The notes: generated by a model not told the origin, from the sequence alone. DNA of 64,000 nt from Nitrospirota bacterium (GCA_963840455.1 CAWIYV010000001.1:96001-160000), one strand, 5' to 3'. Positions 23,958 through 33,856 are shown, counted from the stretch's first letter. Numbers and translations are program-made.

Positions 23958-24488
23958 TTACCGGTCCTTATTGGGCACTTCAGCTGAATACGGGAATTCC
24001 CCGGCACCGAAGGCCTGGATGCTGAATATGATCAGCGAGATGATCCCCCATCCCAGTCCGAGGACCACACCGGCGTCAATGATCCCCCTCCAGGGTTGTG
24101 AAACGAAACTGACCATGACGATAAGAACGATGATGCCCAGCGTAAGGGATATGGACGTGATCTTCCTGCGCTTTGTTGCATGGAAATACCCCATGCAGAA
24201 GAACGGCGCCAGAATGACATGATCGATGCGGGGATTCTGCCGCAGATGGCGCGCCCGCGCTGCGGTGCGCGGGGAAAAGGCCTTCTGGAAACCCTTGTAG
24301 CCTTCGGCATAGGCCATGCCGAGGACGACGACGACCAGTGATGCCCAGTGGTACCAGGCGAAAGGATGGGTAAAGGCGTCAACAGCCTTCGGCCAGAGCC
24401 TAAAACAGGCGCTCAGAAGCAGCGCCAGGACCCCTCCCAGCCCCCAGAGGGCTCCCAGGATCCCGAGGATCGTCGATCTTTTTTCCAT
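23958..24488 (-). CDS. hypothetical membrane protein
   Basis: several TM helices; MAYAEGYKGFQKAFSPR and LAPFFCMGYFHA look like conserved motifs. Confidence 0.7.
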   Translation of the reverse strand: MEKRSTILGILGALWGLGGVLALLLSACFRLWPKAVDAFTHPFAWYHWASLVVVVLGMAYAEGYKGFQKAFSPRTAARARHLRQNPRIDHVILAPFFCMGYFHATKRRKITSISLTLGIIVLIVMVSFVSQPWRGIIDAGVVLGLGWGIISLIIFSIQAFGAGEFPYSAEVPNKDR

Positions 24489-24545
24489 AGGATATTCCCG
24501 TGCCTTTCTCTCATGCAGTTACTACGCGACAGCAGCGCCTGTTGT

Positions 24546-25850
24546 CTAATGCCCCATCAAGATCGAGCCGCCGGTGAAGAATGTCCCTGCAACCGCCGCT
24601 ATCATAAGGCACGCAAGCGTTGCTGCAGCAAGCGATCGGAATCCGACCCGGGCAAGGTCGCCGGTCCGCGATGGCGCCAGCGCAGCGGTCCCTCCCACAA
24701 AGATCGCCACGGAAGGGATATGTGCGAATCCACAGAGCGCATATGCTGCGATCAGCGCTGAGCGGGGATCGTGGATCTGGCCGGCCGCAAGCGCTGCTGC
24801 CAGGTCCTGATAGGACTTCACCTCGGTCAGGATCGCCCGTTCTCCTATCAGCCGCGCCACGACAGCCGCATCAGAAGGCGGGACGCCGATGATGAGCGCA
24901 AAGGGATAGAACAGGTAGCCGAGCAGGCCCCGCAGCGTCCAGTCCACGTGGGTGCCAAGGAGCGCGTTGATCTGCCCGCCGATGCCCGAGACGATCATAT
25001 CGAGCAGCGCGACCAGGCCCAGGAGCGCGAGCAGCAGGGCGATGATGCCGAGGACCAGCTTGAACCCTGCGTCAGCCCCGTTGATGATCGCCTCCATCAG
25101 GGTGGACTCCTTCTGATAGTGGGGATGCAGGTCCACGCCGAGGGTCTCCGGTCTCCCTGTCTCGGGAAGCATGAGCTTTGACATGACGATCGCTGCCGGC
25201 GCGCCGATGATCGACGCGGAGACAAGGTGCCCCGCGATGGTGGGGAACTGCCGCTGCAGGATGAAGACATACAGCGCCATGACGCTCGACGCGATGGTGG
25301 CCATGCCGCCGGTCAGGATGGTGCAGAGCTCCGACTGCGTCATCGTAGCAAGGTGCGGCCGGATGACCGTGGCCGACTCGACGCCAACGAAGATGTTCGC
25401 CGCAGTGGAAAGGGACTCCGCTCCGCTGATCCGCATGAGCTTCGTGAATGCCCGGGAGAAGATGCGCACAAGCCAGGGCAGCACCCCGATATAGTACAGG
25501 ACCGCCATGAGGCTCGCGAAGAACACCACCGTGGGCAGCGCCTGGATGGCGAGAATAAAGCCGAGGGACTCCTCGCCCATCTCGTTCTTCATGCCGGGGG
25601 GAAGAGCAAGCCTTCCGAACAGGAATTTCGTTCCCGCCGTGGCGCTCTCGAGCACCTTGTCAACCGAGGCATTGATGACCAGAAAGACCTTGGTGCCCGC
25701 CGGGACCAGGAAAATGACCGCTGCGAACAGAAGCTGGAGCGCCGTCCCCCAGACCACGACCCGCCAGTTCACGACCTTCCGGTCCGTGGACAGCGCCCAG
25801 GCGACCGCCATCAGTACAAAGATCCCGCTGAAGCTGATGAGATTATACAT
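24546..25850 (-). CDS. NupC/CNT concentrative nucleoside transporter
   Basis: ALPTVVFFASL, GAES...ANIFVG, GMATIA, YALCGFA; start at ATG 25850. Confidence 0.92.
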   Translation of the reverse strand: MYNLISFSGIFVLMAVAWALSTDRKVVNWRVVVWGTALQLLFAAVIFLVPAGTKVFLVINASVDKVLESATAGTKFLFGRLALPPGMKNEMGEESLGFILAIQALPTVVFFASLMAVLYYIGVLPWLVRIFSRAFTKLMRISGAESLSTAANIFVGVESATVIRPHLATMTQSELCTILTGGMATIASSVMALYVFILQRQFPTIAGHLVSASIIGAPAAIVMSKLMLPETGRPETLGVDLHPHYQKESTLMEAIINGADAGFKLVLGIIALLLALLGLVALLDMIVSGIGGQINALLGTHVDWTLRGLLGYLFYPFALIIGVPPSDAAVVARLIGERAILTEVKSYQDLAAALAAGQIHDPRSALIAAYALCGFAHIPSVAIFVGGTAALAPSRTGDLARVGFRSLAAATLACLMIAAVAGTFFTGGSILMGH

Positions 25851-25899
25851 CCTGGTCCTATCCCCTTCGCAAAACCGTAGAGAACAACAGCGCGATCGG

Positions 25900-26904
25900 T
25901 CAGCAGATCCGGGGCAGCATCTCCCCTGGAAGCATGTCCAGGATGCGGCTGCCGCCGATGGCTGTCTCGAGCAGCACCATGCCGGGGGCAGACCGGTCGA
26001 CGGTCCCAATGACCGCGGCGTTCCTGCCGTGCTCATGCGCCCGCATCGCGGTCACGATCCTGTCAGCATCACCGGGGTCCACAACGGCTGCCAGGATGCC
26101 TTCGTTCGCCACATAGAGCGGGTCCAGACCCAGCAGGCTGCACGCTCCTGTAACCGGCGGCGGAACGGGAAGTGACCGTTCGCGAATGCGGATGCAGAGG
26201 TCCGACTCCAGAGCCGCCTCTTTCAGCGTCGTGGCAAGGCCTCCCCGCGTAGGGTCTCGCATGAACCGGATCTTTCCAGTCGCCCGGTACATGGTCCTGA
26301 CCAGGCCGTTCAGCGGCCGGGTGTCGCTCACGACGGCGGGTTCGAAGGTCAGTCCGTTCCGTTCGGCAAGGATCGCGACGCCGTGGTTCCCGAGCTCGCC
26401 GCTGATGATGACCGCATCGCCATCCCGGATGTTCTTCGGAGAGATGTCGATGCCGTCTTTCAGAACACCGATCCCCGAGGTGTTGATGAACACACCATCC
26501 GCCTTTCCCTTGTTCACGACCTTGGTGTCGCCGGCCACGATCGTCACCCCCGCACGTTTTGCAGCGGACGCCATGCTTGCGATGATCCTCTTGAGGTCCG
26601 CCATCGGGAAGCCTTCCTCGATGATGAACCCTGCGGTGAGGTACAGAGGCTCTGCACCTGCCACGGACAGGTCGTTCACCGTTCCGCAGACCGCGAGGTC
26701 GCCGATATTGCCGCCGGGAAAGAACAAGGGTGAGACGACATAGGAATCGGTCGTAAAGGCAAGGCGCTTCGAGCGGACGGCCACGACCGCGGAATCACCG
26801 GCACCTGCATTCCCGAAGGCGGGATTAAAATGTTCCTGGATAAGGGCATGCATCAGTTTTCCGCCGCTGCCATGTCCCAGGAGGATCTTGTCCATGGTCG
26901 CCAT
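25900..26904 (-). CDS. hypE: hydrogenase maturation carbamoyl dehydratase
   Basis: HGSGG, TTDSYVV, GTVNDL, GDTKVV, RDPTRGG, C-terminal PRIC. Confidence 0.97.
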   Translation of the reverse strand: MATMDKILLGHGSGGKLMHALIQEHFNPAFGNAGAGDSAVVAVRSKRLAFTTDSYVVSPLFFPGGNIGDLAVCGTVNDLSVAGAEPLYLTAGFIIEEGFPMADLKRIIASMASAAKRAGVTIVAGDTKVVNKGKADGVFINTSGIGVLKDGIDISPKNIRDGDAVIISGELGNHGVAILAERNGLTFEPAVVSDTRPLNGLVRTMYRATGKIRFMRDPTRGGLATTLKEAALESDLCIRIRERSLPVPPPVTGACSLLGLDPLYVANEGILAAVVDPGDADRIVTAMRAHEHGRNAAVIGTVDRSAPGMVLLETAIGGSRILDMLPGEMLPRIC

Positions 26905-26912
26905 CGTACTCC

Positions 26913-27971
26913 TTACCGGTGCCCGTATTTATAATATGCCGCGCAGCTGCCTTCCGTGCTCACCATGCAGGGGCCTACGGGGCCGTCAGGCGTGCAGCCG
27001 GTGCCGAAGAGCGGGCATTCCGTCGGTACCTTGACCCCCCGCAGGATATCGCCGCAGGAGCACAGTTCCGGCTCGGCGATGCCCGTGGACTCGGGGCGGA
27101 AGCGAGCTTCCGCATCGAACTCCCGGTACTTCTCTCTCAACTTCAGGCCGGTTCCCGGCAGGACGCCGATCCCGCGCCAATAGGCGTCGGAAGGTTCAAA
27201 TATGTCGTTCAGGATCTCGACGGCCCGGGGATTCCCTTCCGGCCTGACAACCGTAGGATAGGCATTCTCCACCTTCGCCTCCCCTTTGGCGATCTGACGG
27301 ACGATCATCAGGATCCCCTCGATTATTTCGCCAGCCTCGAAACCGGTCACGACCGCGGGCTTTCGATAGTCCTTCGCGACGAATTCGTAGGGCGCGAGGC
27401 CTATGATCGTGCTTACGTGTCCCGGAAGAATGAAGCCGTCCACGCGTACGTCGGGGGCATCGAGGAGCGCCTTGAGGGCGAGCGGAACGGTCTTGTGCGA
27501 TGATAGGATGGTGAAATTCTTCACCATTTTTTTGAATGCGGCAAAGACAGTGCCGGCAATGAGCGGAGACGTCGTCTCGAACCCGGTGGCAAAAAAAACG
27601 ACCTGCTTCGAACCACTCTCCTGTGCAAGCGTCAAGGCTTCCATGGGCGAGTACATCACCCGGACGTCAGCGCCTTCTGATCGCGCTTCCAGGAGCGACT
27701 GTTTTCCGCCCGGCACCCGCATCATGTCCCCGAAGGTCACCAGGACCGTGTTCGGCTGTTTCGCGATCGAGATCGCCGCGTCGACGTCCCGGATGGACGT
27801 CACACAGACCGGGCATCCGGGGCCGCTCAAGAGCGTTATCGTGTTCGGAATGATCGAACGTATCCCGTGGCGGAATATCTCGACCGTATGGGTCCCGCAG
27901 ACCTCCATGAGCTTGAGCGGCCTTTGGATCGTTCCTGTCAGATGATGGAGCTCGTCGATCATCTGTTTCAT
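26913..27971 (-). CDS. hypD: hydrogenase maturation factor HypD
   Basis: MEVCGTH, GPGCPVC, GFETT, PGHVS, GPCMVSTEGSC. Confidence 0.97.
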   Translation of the reverse strand: MKQMIDELHHLTGTIQRPLKLMEVCGTHTVEIFRHGIRSIIPNTITLLSGPGCPVCVTSIRDVDAAISIAKQPNTVLVTFGDMMRVPGGKQSLLEARSEGADVRVMYSPMEALTLAQESGSKQVVFFATGFETTSPLIAGTVFAAFKKMVKNFTILSSHKTVPLALKALLDAPDVRVDGFILPGHVSTIIGLAPYEFVAKDYRKPAVVTGFEAGEIIEGILMIVRQIAKGEAKVENAYPTVVRPEGNPRAVEILNDIFEPSDAYWRGIGVLPGTGLKLREKYREFDAEARFRPESTGIAEPELCSCGDILRGVKVPTECPLFGTGCTPDGPVGPCMVSTEGSCAAYYKYGHR

Positions 27972-30361
27972 GATCTTGTTCCCTTCTTTAATCGCGCACG
28001 GACCAGGTATGCCTGTCCGAGCGAGATACATGCATCGTTTGGCGGCATCTGCACATTCGTATAAACACGCAGAGCGTCGGCCGCCAGCAGGTTCATCGTC
28101 CTGGTGAGCAGGTAGCGGTTCTGAAAAGTGCCGCCGCTCAAGGCAACGTCACGGATACCGGTCCTCTGATGGAGATAACGTACCGTCGTCCTGATGGCCG
28201 AAGCAATCGTGTTATGGAACCGCGTGGCTATTACCGGGTTCGGCTCTTTCCGTGTAAGATCGATTATCACTCCACGGATGGCATTGGAAAAATTAACGAC
28301 AGTATACTCATTCTTCTCCGTGAAAACAACCGGATACTCACTGTCGATACCGGCCTCCGTCAGCGCTTCGAGGGCCATCGCCGCCTCTCCTTCGAACGTG
28401 TTCCGGTCGCAAACCCCGATCATGGCTGAGACGGCGTCAAAGAGCCTTCCTGCGCCTGATGCCAGCGGCGACAGTTCCCGGATCGACGCGATCTTCGCGA
28501 TCTGTTCAATGGCCTCCCGGCCATACCGCTGCGGGAAACCGATCGCTTCAAGCTGTTCCATTGCATCGACATCTGCTGCCGAATTTATATAACTGACAGC
28601 CGTCCTCCAGGGCTCCCTGATTGCAGCTTCTCCACCGGGAAGCGGAATATAGCTGATCTGACCGGCCCGCTCAAAGCCGTCGACATCGGCGAGAAGAAAC
28701 TCTCCACCCCAAAGGTTGCCGTCCGTGCCGTATCCGGTCCCGTCGAAAGCAACTCCAATGATTTTTTCCGTAAGTCCGTGTTCGGCCATGACAGACCCAA
28801 TATGGGCATAGTGGTGCTGAATCGCGAAGAGCGGAAGATTACGCTTTATCCCCTGTTCCTTTGCCCACCGTGCCGACAGATAACCGGGATGCAGATCGTG
28901 AACAATCGCGGATGGATCCACGCGATAGACCTGCTTAAGATTGGCGAGACTTTCTTCATAGAACTTCAGGGTTTCATAGTTCTCCATGTCCCCGATATGC
29001 TGGCTGGGGATCGCAAACGATCCTTTGGTGAGGGTAAAGGTGTTCTTGACATCGGCACCGCAGCCCAGGACCTCGGGTCCGCTGTCGCGAAGGGCTATCG
29101 CCTCAGGGGCATAACCGCGAGCGCGTCGCAGGAACAGGAGAGACGGATATTCTCTCTCTTCCGAACGTCCGCCATTACGCTCTCCGATCCCAGCGTTCCG
29201 GACTCGCACCACTGAATCATCGACGCGCATGAAGATGTCCCGGTTGTGGAGCAGGAACGCATCCACGAGACCGGACAGCTTTTCCATGGCATCATCATTC
29301 CGGTGCACGATCGGCTCCTCAGACAGATTACCGCTCGTCATGATAAGTGTGGTCAAGGCGCTTGCTGCCGTACCAGGACCGCCACCCCTGCCCGAAAACA
29401 GTAAGGCATGCAGCGGCGTGTACGGGAGCATGCATCCGATATGCTGATTGTGCGGCGCTACAGCATCGGACAGCAGGAAGCGAGCCCTTTCTGGACGCTT
29501 CTTTTTCAGGAGCACGATCGGTCGCTTCGGTGATTCAAGCACTTCCTGTTCCATCCGTGTCAGTTCGCAGGTTCCCCGGATGACGTCGATGGATGCGGCC
29601 ATGACCGCGAACGGCTTGTTGCTTCTCCGTTTCCGCTCGCGCAGGATCGTGACCGCTTCATGGTTCGTGGCATCGCAAGCGAGGTGGTAGCCGCCCAGCC
29701 CTTTGATGGCAACGATGCCGCCCTTCTCCAGGACCTCGATCGCGGCGAAGAGCGGATCGCGCTCGTTCGTGGCATATCCGGGATTCAGGACCTTGAATTC
29801 ACACGCCGGCCCACACTGCGGACAGGCGATGGGCTGGGCGTGAAACCTCCGGTCTGCCGGATCATGATATTCCTTCGCACATGCCGTGCACATCGGAAAC
29901 ACGGCCATGGTCGTGTTCGGCCGGTCGTAGGGAACAGCGCGAGTGATGGTATAGCGAGGACCGCAGTTCGTGCAGTTGATGAACGGATAGCGATAACGGC
30001 GATCGCCTGGATCGTTCAGTTCTCGAAGGCAATCGCGGCAGAGAGAAACATCGGAGGAGATGAGCGTGAACGGACGGGTCTCGGAAGACTGCGTACTTTC
30101 GCGTATGGTAAACCCCTGATACCCCTGGAGCGGAAGCGGAGTGACCGCGACGTCGGTGATACGGGAGAGCGGCGGTGCTTCGGCGGGAAGACGGCGGATG
30201 AACTCAGGGACCGCAGAACCTTCGATATCGATATACACGCCGTCCGCGGTATTAGTAACGTATCCTGAAAGCCCGAGGCCGGTCGCAAGGGCATAAATGT
30301 AAGGCCGAAAACCAACTCCCTGGACGACCCCGGTTACTGCGATCTGAGCCCGTTCAGCCAT
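27968..30361 (-). CDS. hypF: carbamoyltransferase HypF
   Basis: acylphosphatase GVVQGVGFRP, two Zn fingers, YrdC domain, QHHYAH, DGTGYG. Confidence 0.97.
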   Translation of the reverse strand: MAERAQIAVTGVVQGVGFRPYIYALATGLGLSGYVTNTADGVYIDIEGSAVPEFIRRLPAEAPPLSRITDVAVTPLPLQGYQGFTIRESTQSSETRPFTLISSDVSLCRDCLRELNDPGDRRYRYPFINCTNCGPRYTITRAVPYDRPNTTMAVFPMCTACAKEYHDPADRRFHAQPIACPQCGPACEFKVLNPGYATNERDPLFAAIEVLEKGGIVAIKGLGGYHLACDATNHEAVTILRERKRRSNKPFAVMAASIDVIRGTCELTRMEQEVLESPKRPIVLLKKKRPERARFLLSDAVAPHNQHIGCMLPYTPLHALLFSGRGGGPGTAASALTTLIMTSGNLSEEPIVHRNDDAMEKLSGLVDAFLLHNRDIFMRVDDSVVRVRNAGIGERNGGRSEEREYPSLLFLRRARGYAPEAIALRDSGPEVLGCGADVKNTFTLTKGSFAIPSQHIGDMENYETLKFYEESLANLKQVYRVDPSAIVHDLHPGYLSARWAKEQGIKRNLPLFAIQHHYAHIGSVMAEHGLTEKIIGVAFDGTGYGTDGNLWGGEFLLADVDGFERAGQISYIPLPGGEAAIREPWRTAVSYINSAADVDAMEQLEAIGFPQRYGREAIEQIAKIASIRELSPLASGAGRLFDAVSAMIGVCDRNTFEGEAAMALEALTEAGIDSEYPVVFTEKNEYTVVNFSNAIRGVIIDLTRKEPNPVIATRFHNTIASAIRTTVRYLHQRTGIRDVALSGGTFQNRYLLTRTMNLLAADALRVYTNVQMPPNDACISLGQAYLVRARLKKGTRS

Positions 30362-30981
30362 TGAGCCCACGCATCGATCCCGGTTCCTGCAGAACATGAC
30401 ACCTCGAAGACCTTGAGCTTCGGGTTCAGCGCCAGGGAATCGTTCCTCATCTTATTGATGTCAACCTTCGTGTACGGCAGCAGGTCTATCTTGTTCAAGA
30501 CCAGGGCGGAGGATTCCTGGAACATGAGCGGATACTTGAGTGGTTTGTCATGGCCCTCTGCTATGGAGAGCACCATCATTTTGATGTCCTCGCCGACCTT
30601 GAACTCCGCGGGACAGACCAGGTTGCCCACGTTCTCGATGATGAGCATATCGAGCTCTTTGAGCGGCAACTCGTCCAGGACCTCGTTGATCATGTTCGCG
30701 TCAAGATGACAGGCGCCGCCGGTATTGATCTGCACGACCGGGATATCGAGCGCACCGATCCGTTCCGCGTCGTCCTGACCGACGATGTCCCCCTCAATAA
30801 CCCCTATCCGCAGATGCGGCTTGAGCCGTGTGATCGTCTGTTCAAGGAGCGACGTTTTCCCCGCTCCCGGTCCACCCATCAGGTTCGCGACGAATACCCC
30901 TGCTTCCTTGAACCGCTTTCTATTCTCCTCGGCGATCCTGTCGTTCGCTTCGAGGATTCTCGATACCACTTTAACTTTCAT
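30334..30981 (-). CDS. hypB: hydrogenase nickel incorporation GTPase
   Basis: GAGKT, CHLDA, ENVGNLVCPA, DKPLKYP, NKID; no His-rich N-terminus. Confidence 0.97.
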   Translation of the reverse strand: MKVKVVSRILEANDRIAEENRKRFKEAGVFVANLMGGPGAGKTSLLEQTITRLKPHLRIGVIEGDIVGQDDAERIGALDIPVVQINTGGACHLDANMINEVLDELPLKELDMLIIENVGNLVCPAEFKVGEDIKMMVLSIAEGHDKPLKYPLMFQESSALVLNKIDLLPYTKVDINKMRNDSLALNPKLKVFEVSCSAGTGIDAWAQWLNGLRSQ

Positions 30982-30998
30982 TGATAGCTTCCTTTTTC

Positions 30999-31030
30999 AT
31001 TCCGCACTTCGCACTCCGAATTCCGCACTC
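30999..31030. repeat. heptamer tandem repeat
   Basis: ATTCCGC ACTTCGC ACTCCGA ATTCCGC ACTC. Confidence 0.6.
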
Positions 31031-31032
31031 GA

Positions 31033-31572
31033 TCAATGCATTTCCATATCCGAGATCTCCATCTCCCGTCCCCGGGTGATCTCAAAATCGTTCGAGCCGC
31101 AGTGGGGACAGGCGAAGACATAGGGGACCTCTTTTTCGTCAAAATCCTTCTTACAGGTCTTGCAGTTCCCTCCGACCGGAACGATCTCGATCGTAAGCTT
31201 TGCGTTCTTTGCTTTCGTTGGTTCCTTGAGAGCATCGAAGGCGAACTGGAGCGATTCCGGCATCACGCCGGTGGCTTTGCCGAGCCGTACGGTCAAGGCG
31301 TCGACCACCGAACATCCTTGTTCGGCACATTGTTCATCAATGATCTCGATGATGCTGTGAGCAATAGAGGATTCATGCATGATCTCACCTGTCTGGAATG
31401 CCTCGGCCCTGATCGTCTGGATCGCGAAACCCGCGTGGACCAGGACAAAGTCGCCGAGCTGCGGCGTTTCGGGAAGCAACATGATGTTCACTTCCTTCCG
31501 GGCGCCGTACACGTCAATCGTCGCTATATCGTTATCGATGGAAATTATTTTTGAGGGGACCGCAAGACACAT
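31033..31572 (-). CDS. hypC-hypA: fused HypC-HypA hydrogenase maturation protein
   Basis: MCLAVP...LVHAGFAI (HypC) continues in frame, with no stop, into MHE...CKTC...CPHC...GRE (HypA, Met at 31380). Confidence 0.88.
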   Translation of the reverse strand: MCLAVPSKIISIDNDIATIDVYGARKEVNIMLLPETPQLGDFVLVHAGFAIQTIRAEAFQTGEIMHESSIAHSIIEIIDEQCAEQGCSVVDALTVRLGKATGVMPESLQFAFDALKEPTKAKNAKLTIEIVPVGGNCKTCKKDFDEKEVPYVFACPHCGSNDFEITRGREMEISDMEMH

Positions 31573-32042
31573 GGTATGTTCCACTCCCGGAGCTTTGCCA
31601 CAATGCGCTCGATAAGAACATCTTTCTTATCCCATATCTCCGGGGTCATGTCAAGACCGAGTTCGAGGCTCTTAGGCTGGATTCCGATGATACAGAGGTC
31701 CTTCGGGATGTTTCCCGACATCCGGACGATGCACAGGACATCCATAAGCCCCAGGTGGTGCATGGATGCCTTCTGGGTGAGCCTGATCGGGATCGAATCG
31801 TTCTCCAGGAGATCGATGTATCCAGGTTCCCGGTCGAAGTTCACCGCATCGACCATCATGACCTTTTCACGCCCTTCGATGAATGGGATAAGGTCGAGTC
31901 CGGCTGCGCCGCCATCCACGATCTCGACATAATCTGGCACCTCGTACCGACGTTCGAATTCGTTGACCGTATGCACACCGACACCTTCGTCGCTCATAAG
32001 GATATTACCGAGCCCCAGAATGGTAATGGTCGGTTCTTTCAT
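31545..32042 (-). CDS. hybD: hydrogenase maturation endopeptidase (HybD/HyaD)
   Basis: LGLGNILMSDEGVGV, VDGG, VDA, SMHH. Confidence 0.93.
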   Translation of the reverse strand: MKEPTITILGLGNILMSDEGVGVHTVNEFERRYEVPDYVEIVDGGAAGLDLIPFIEGREKVMMVDAVNFDREPGYIDLLENDSIPIRLTQKASMHHLGLMDVLCIVRMSGNIPKDLCIIGIQPKSLELGLDMTPEIWDKKDVLIERIVAKLREWNIPCVLRSPQK

Positions 32043-32065
32043 GGTTGTACTGCTCCTCCCTGAGC

Positions 32066-32108
32066 AAAAAAAAGCCCTCCGCCTCCAGATGAGGGGGCAA
32101 GAGGGCTT
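32066..32108 (-). terminator. intrinsic terminator between the structural and maturation genes
   Basis: minus strand AAGCCCTC...GAGGGCTT followed by a T run. Confidence 0.75.
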
Positions 32109-32130
32109 CGTGCAAACTGTTACAGATATT

Positions 32131-33831
32131 TTACAGGGCCTTCACCGTGATGATATCTTTCCCTTTCGCATCGACCATGTGAATGGCGCAGGCCAGACAG
32201 GGATCGAAGGAATGCACGGTCCGGAGGACCTCCAGAGGCTTTTCCGGGTCCGCCAGCGGCGTGCCGATGAGCGATGCTTCGTACGGGCCGGGTTGATCGC
32301 TTCCGTTCCGCGGGGCTGCGTTCCAGGTTGAAGGAACGACGCACTGATAGTTTTTGATCTTCCCGTTGTCAATGACGCTCCAGTGTGACAGGATGCCGCG
32401 CGGCGCCTCGTGGAAGCCAACGCCCTTGATCTCGCCGCTGGGGAACTTAGGCGCGTTGAAGGTCTTCACGTCGCCTTTGCCGATGTTGGCGACCAGAGCG
32501 TTCCACTGGTTCGTGCACTCATCTAACAGCACCGCGCAGCGCACGGCGCGGGCGCCGATGCGGCCGATGGTCGAATGCAGCGCTGCTGGTCCGACCTTGG
32601 TCTTGGCAACTGCACTGATCGTGTTTAGCATGTCGGTGACGTACTTCTTCGTCCCCGCATGACCGGCTGCGTACATGCAGAGCACATTGGCCAGCGGACC
32701 GACCTGGGCGGTCTTGCCGTTGAACGTCGGCGCCTTGACCCATGAGTATTTTCCATCATACTGCATGCCCGTGTGGTTCGGGTCCGTAGACTCCTCCCAA
32801 GGATGCTTGTTCCAGTCGCCCTTATACCAGGAGTGCTTGACGCTCTCTTTTACGCCGTTCTTGAAGAACTCGTCATTGAAGCTCTTGATGGGCTTAAAGG
32901 TGCTGAAATCGGCGTTCTCGATGTATCCGCCCGGAAGAGCAAAGGTCGTTCCCTTCGTGTCCATGGGCATATCAGGAGCCGAAAGATAGTTCGTCACGCC
33001 TTTGCCGTACCCGGTCCAGTCGGCATACAAGGCTGCTACGGCCGCCACATCTACGAGCATGGCGTTCCTCACGAAGCTCTGGACCTCGTCGATAAGTGTC
33101 TTGATGTAGTAGAGCCTCTCCATGTTGAGCGCCGACTGGTTCTCCGGATTGATCGCGTTCGCCACGCCGCCGACCGCCAGGTTCTGGATGTTCGGCGTCT
33201 TGGACCCCAGAATGGACACCACCATGTTGATCCTGCGCTGGTAGTGGAGCGCCTGGAGGTAGTGTGCAGTAGCAAGGAGGTTCACCTCGGGCGGCAGTTT
33301 CATGGCCTTATGGCCCCAGTAGCCGTTCGCGTAAATGCCGAGTTGGCCGCTTTTTACAAAGGTCCCCAGCCGGTCCTGGACTTCCTTCATGTGCTTCGTG
33401 CTGTTCTGGTCCCAGTTCGAAAGGCTCTCACCGAGCTGCGACGCCTTCTTGGGGTCCGCCTTCAGGGCTGAGACGATGTCGACCCAGTCAAGGGCAGCCA
33501 GGTGGTAGAAATGCACAATATGATCATGGACGCCATGGGCTGCCATGATCAGGTTCCGGATATATTGCGCGTTCAGCGGTATTTCGAGCTGCAGGGCGTT
33601 CTCAACCGACCTCACCGAGGCCAGTGCGTGAACAGACGTTCAAACCCCGCAGATCCGTTGGGTAAAGAGCCAGACCTCCCGGGCGTCCCTGCCCTTCACG
33701 ATGTTCTCGATCCCGCGCCACATCTGGCCGGACGACCAGGCCTTGCTGACCTTGCCGTTCTCCACTTCGCATTCGATGCGCAGATGGCCTTCGATCCTGG
33801 TGATTGGATCTATAACGATTCTTTTCGACAT
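32131..33831 (-). CDS. hybC: [NiFe]-hydrogenase large subunit (HybC, group 1c) with in-frame TGA, probable selenocysteine at residue 64
   Basis: ORFs 33640..33831 and 32131..33615 share a frame and join as RICGV-TGA-TSVHALAS; 566 codons; C-terminal DPCLACAIH plus a 15-aa cleavable tail. Confidence 0.9.
33598..33639 (-). promoter_or_regulatory. putative bacterial SECIS element
   Basis: 9-bp stem ACUGGCCUC/GAGGUCGGU (two G-U pairs) with GGU loop, 23 nt 3' of the UGA; lower GUUC/GAAC pairing possible. Confidence 0.75.
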
Positions 33832-33856
33832 TGTTCAGTGTCTCCTTCCGCGTAAG

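Noticed and set aside
32185-32205. Canonical [NiFeSe] Sec in the C-terminal motif
   Set aside because: The motif reads DPCLAC with Cys codons.
32131-33831. Hydrogenase large subunit as two genes (63 aa + 494 aa) or as a pseudogene
   Set aside because: Both parts are in one frame, the break is one TGA at a metal-ligand Cys codon with a SECIS-like hairpin, the GTG at 33615 has no SD, and the rest of the operon is intact. A point error cannot be excluded without reads.
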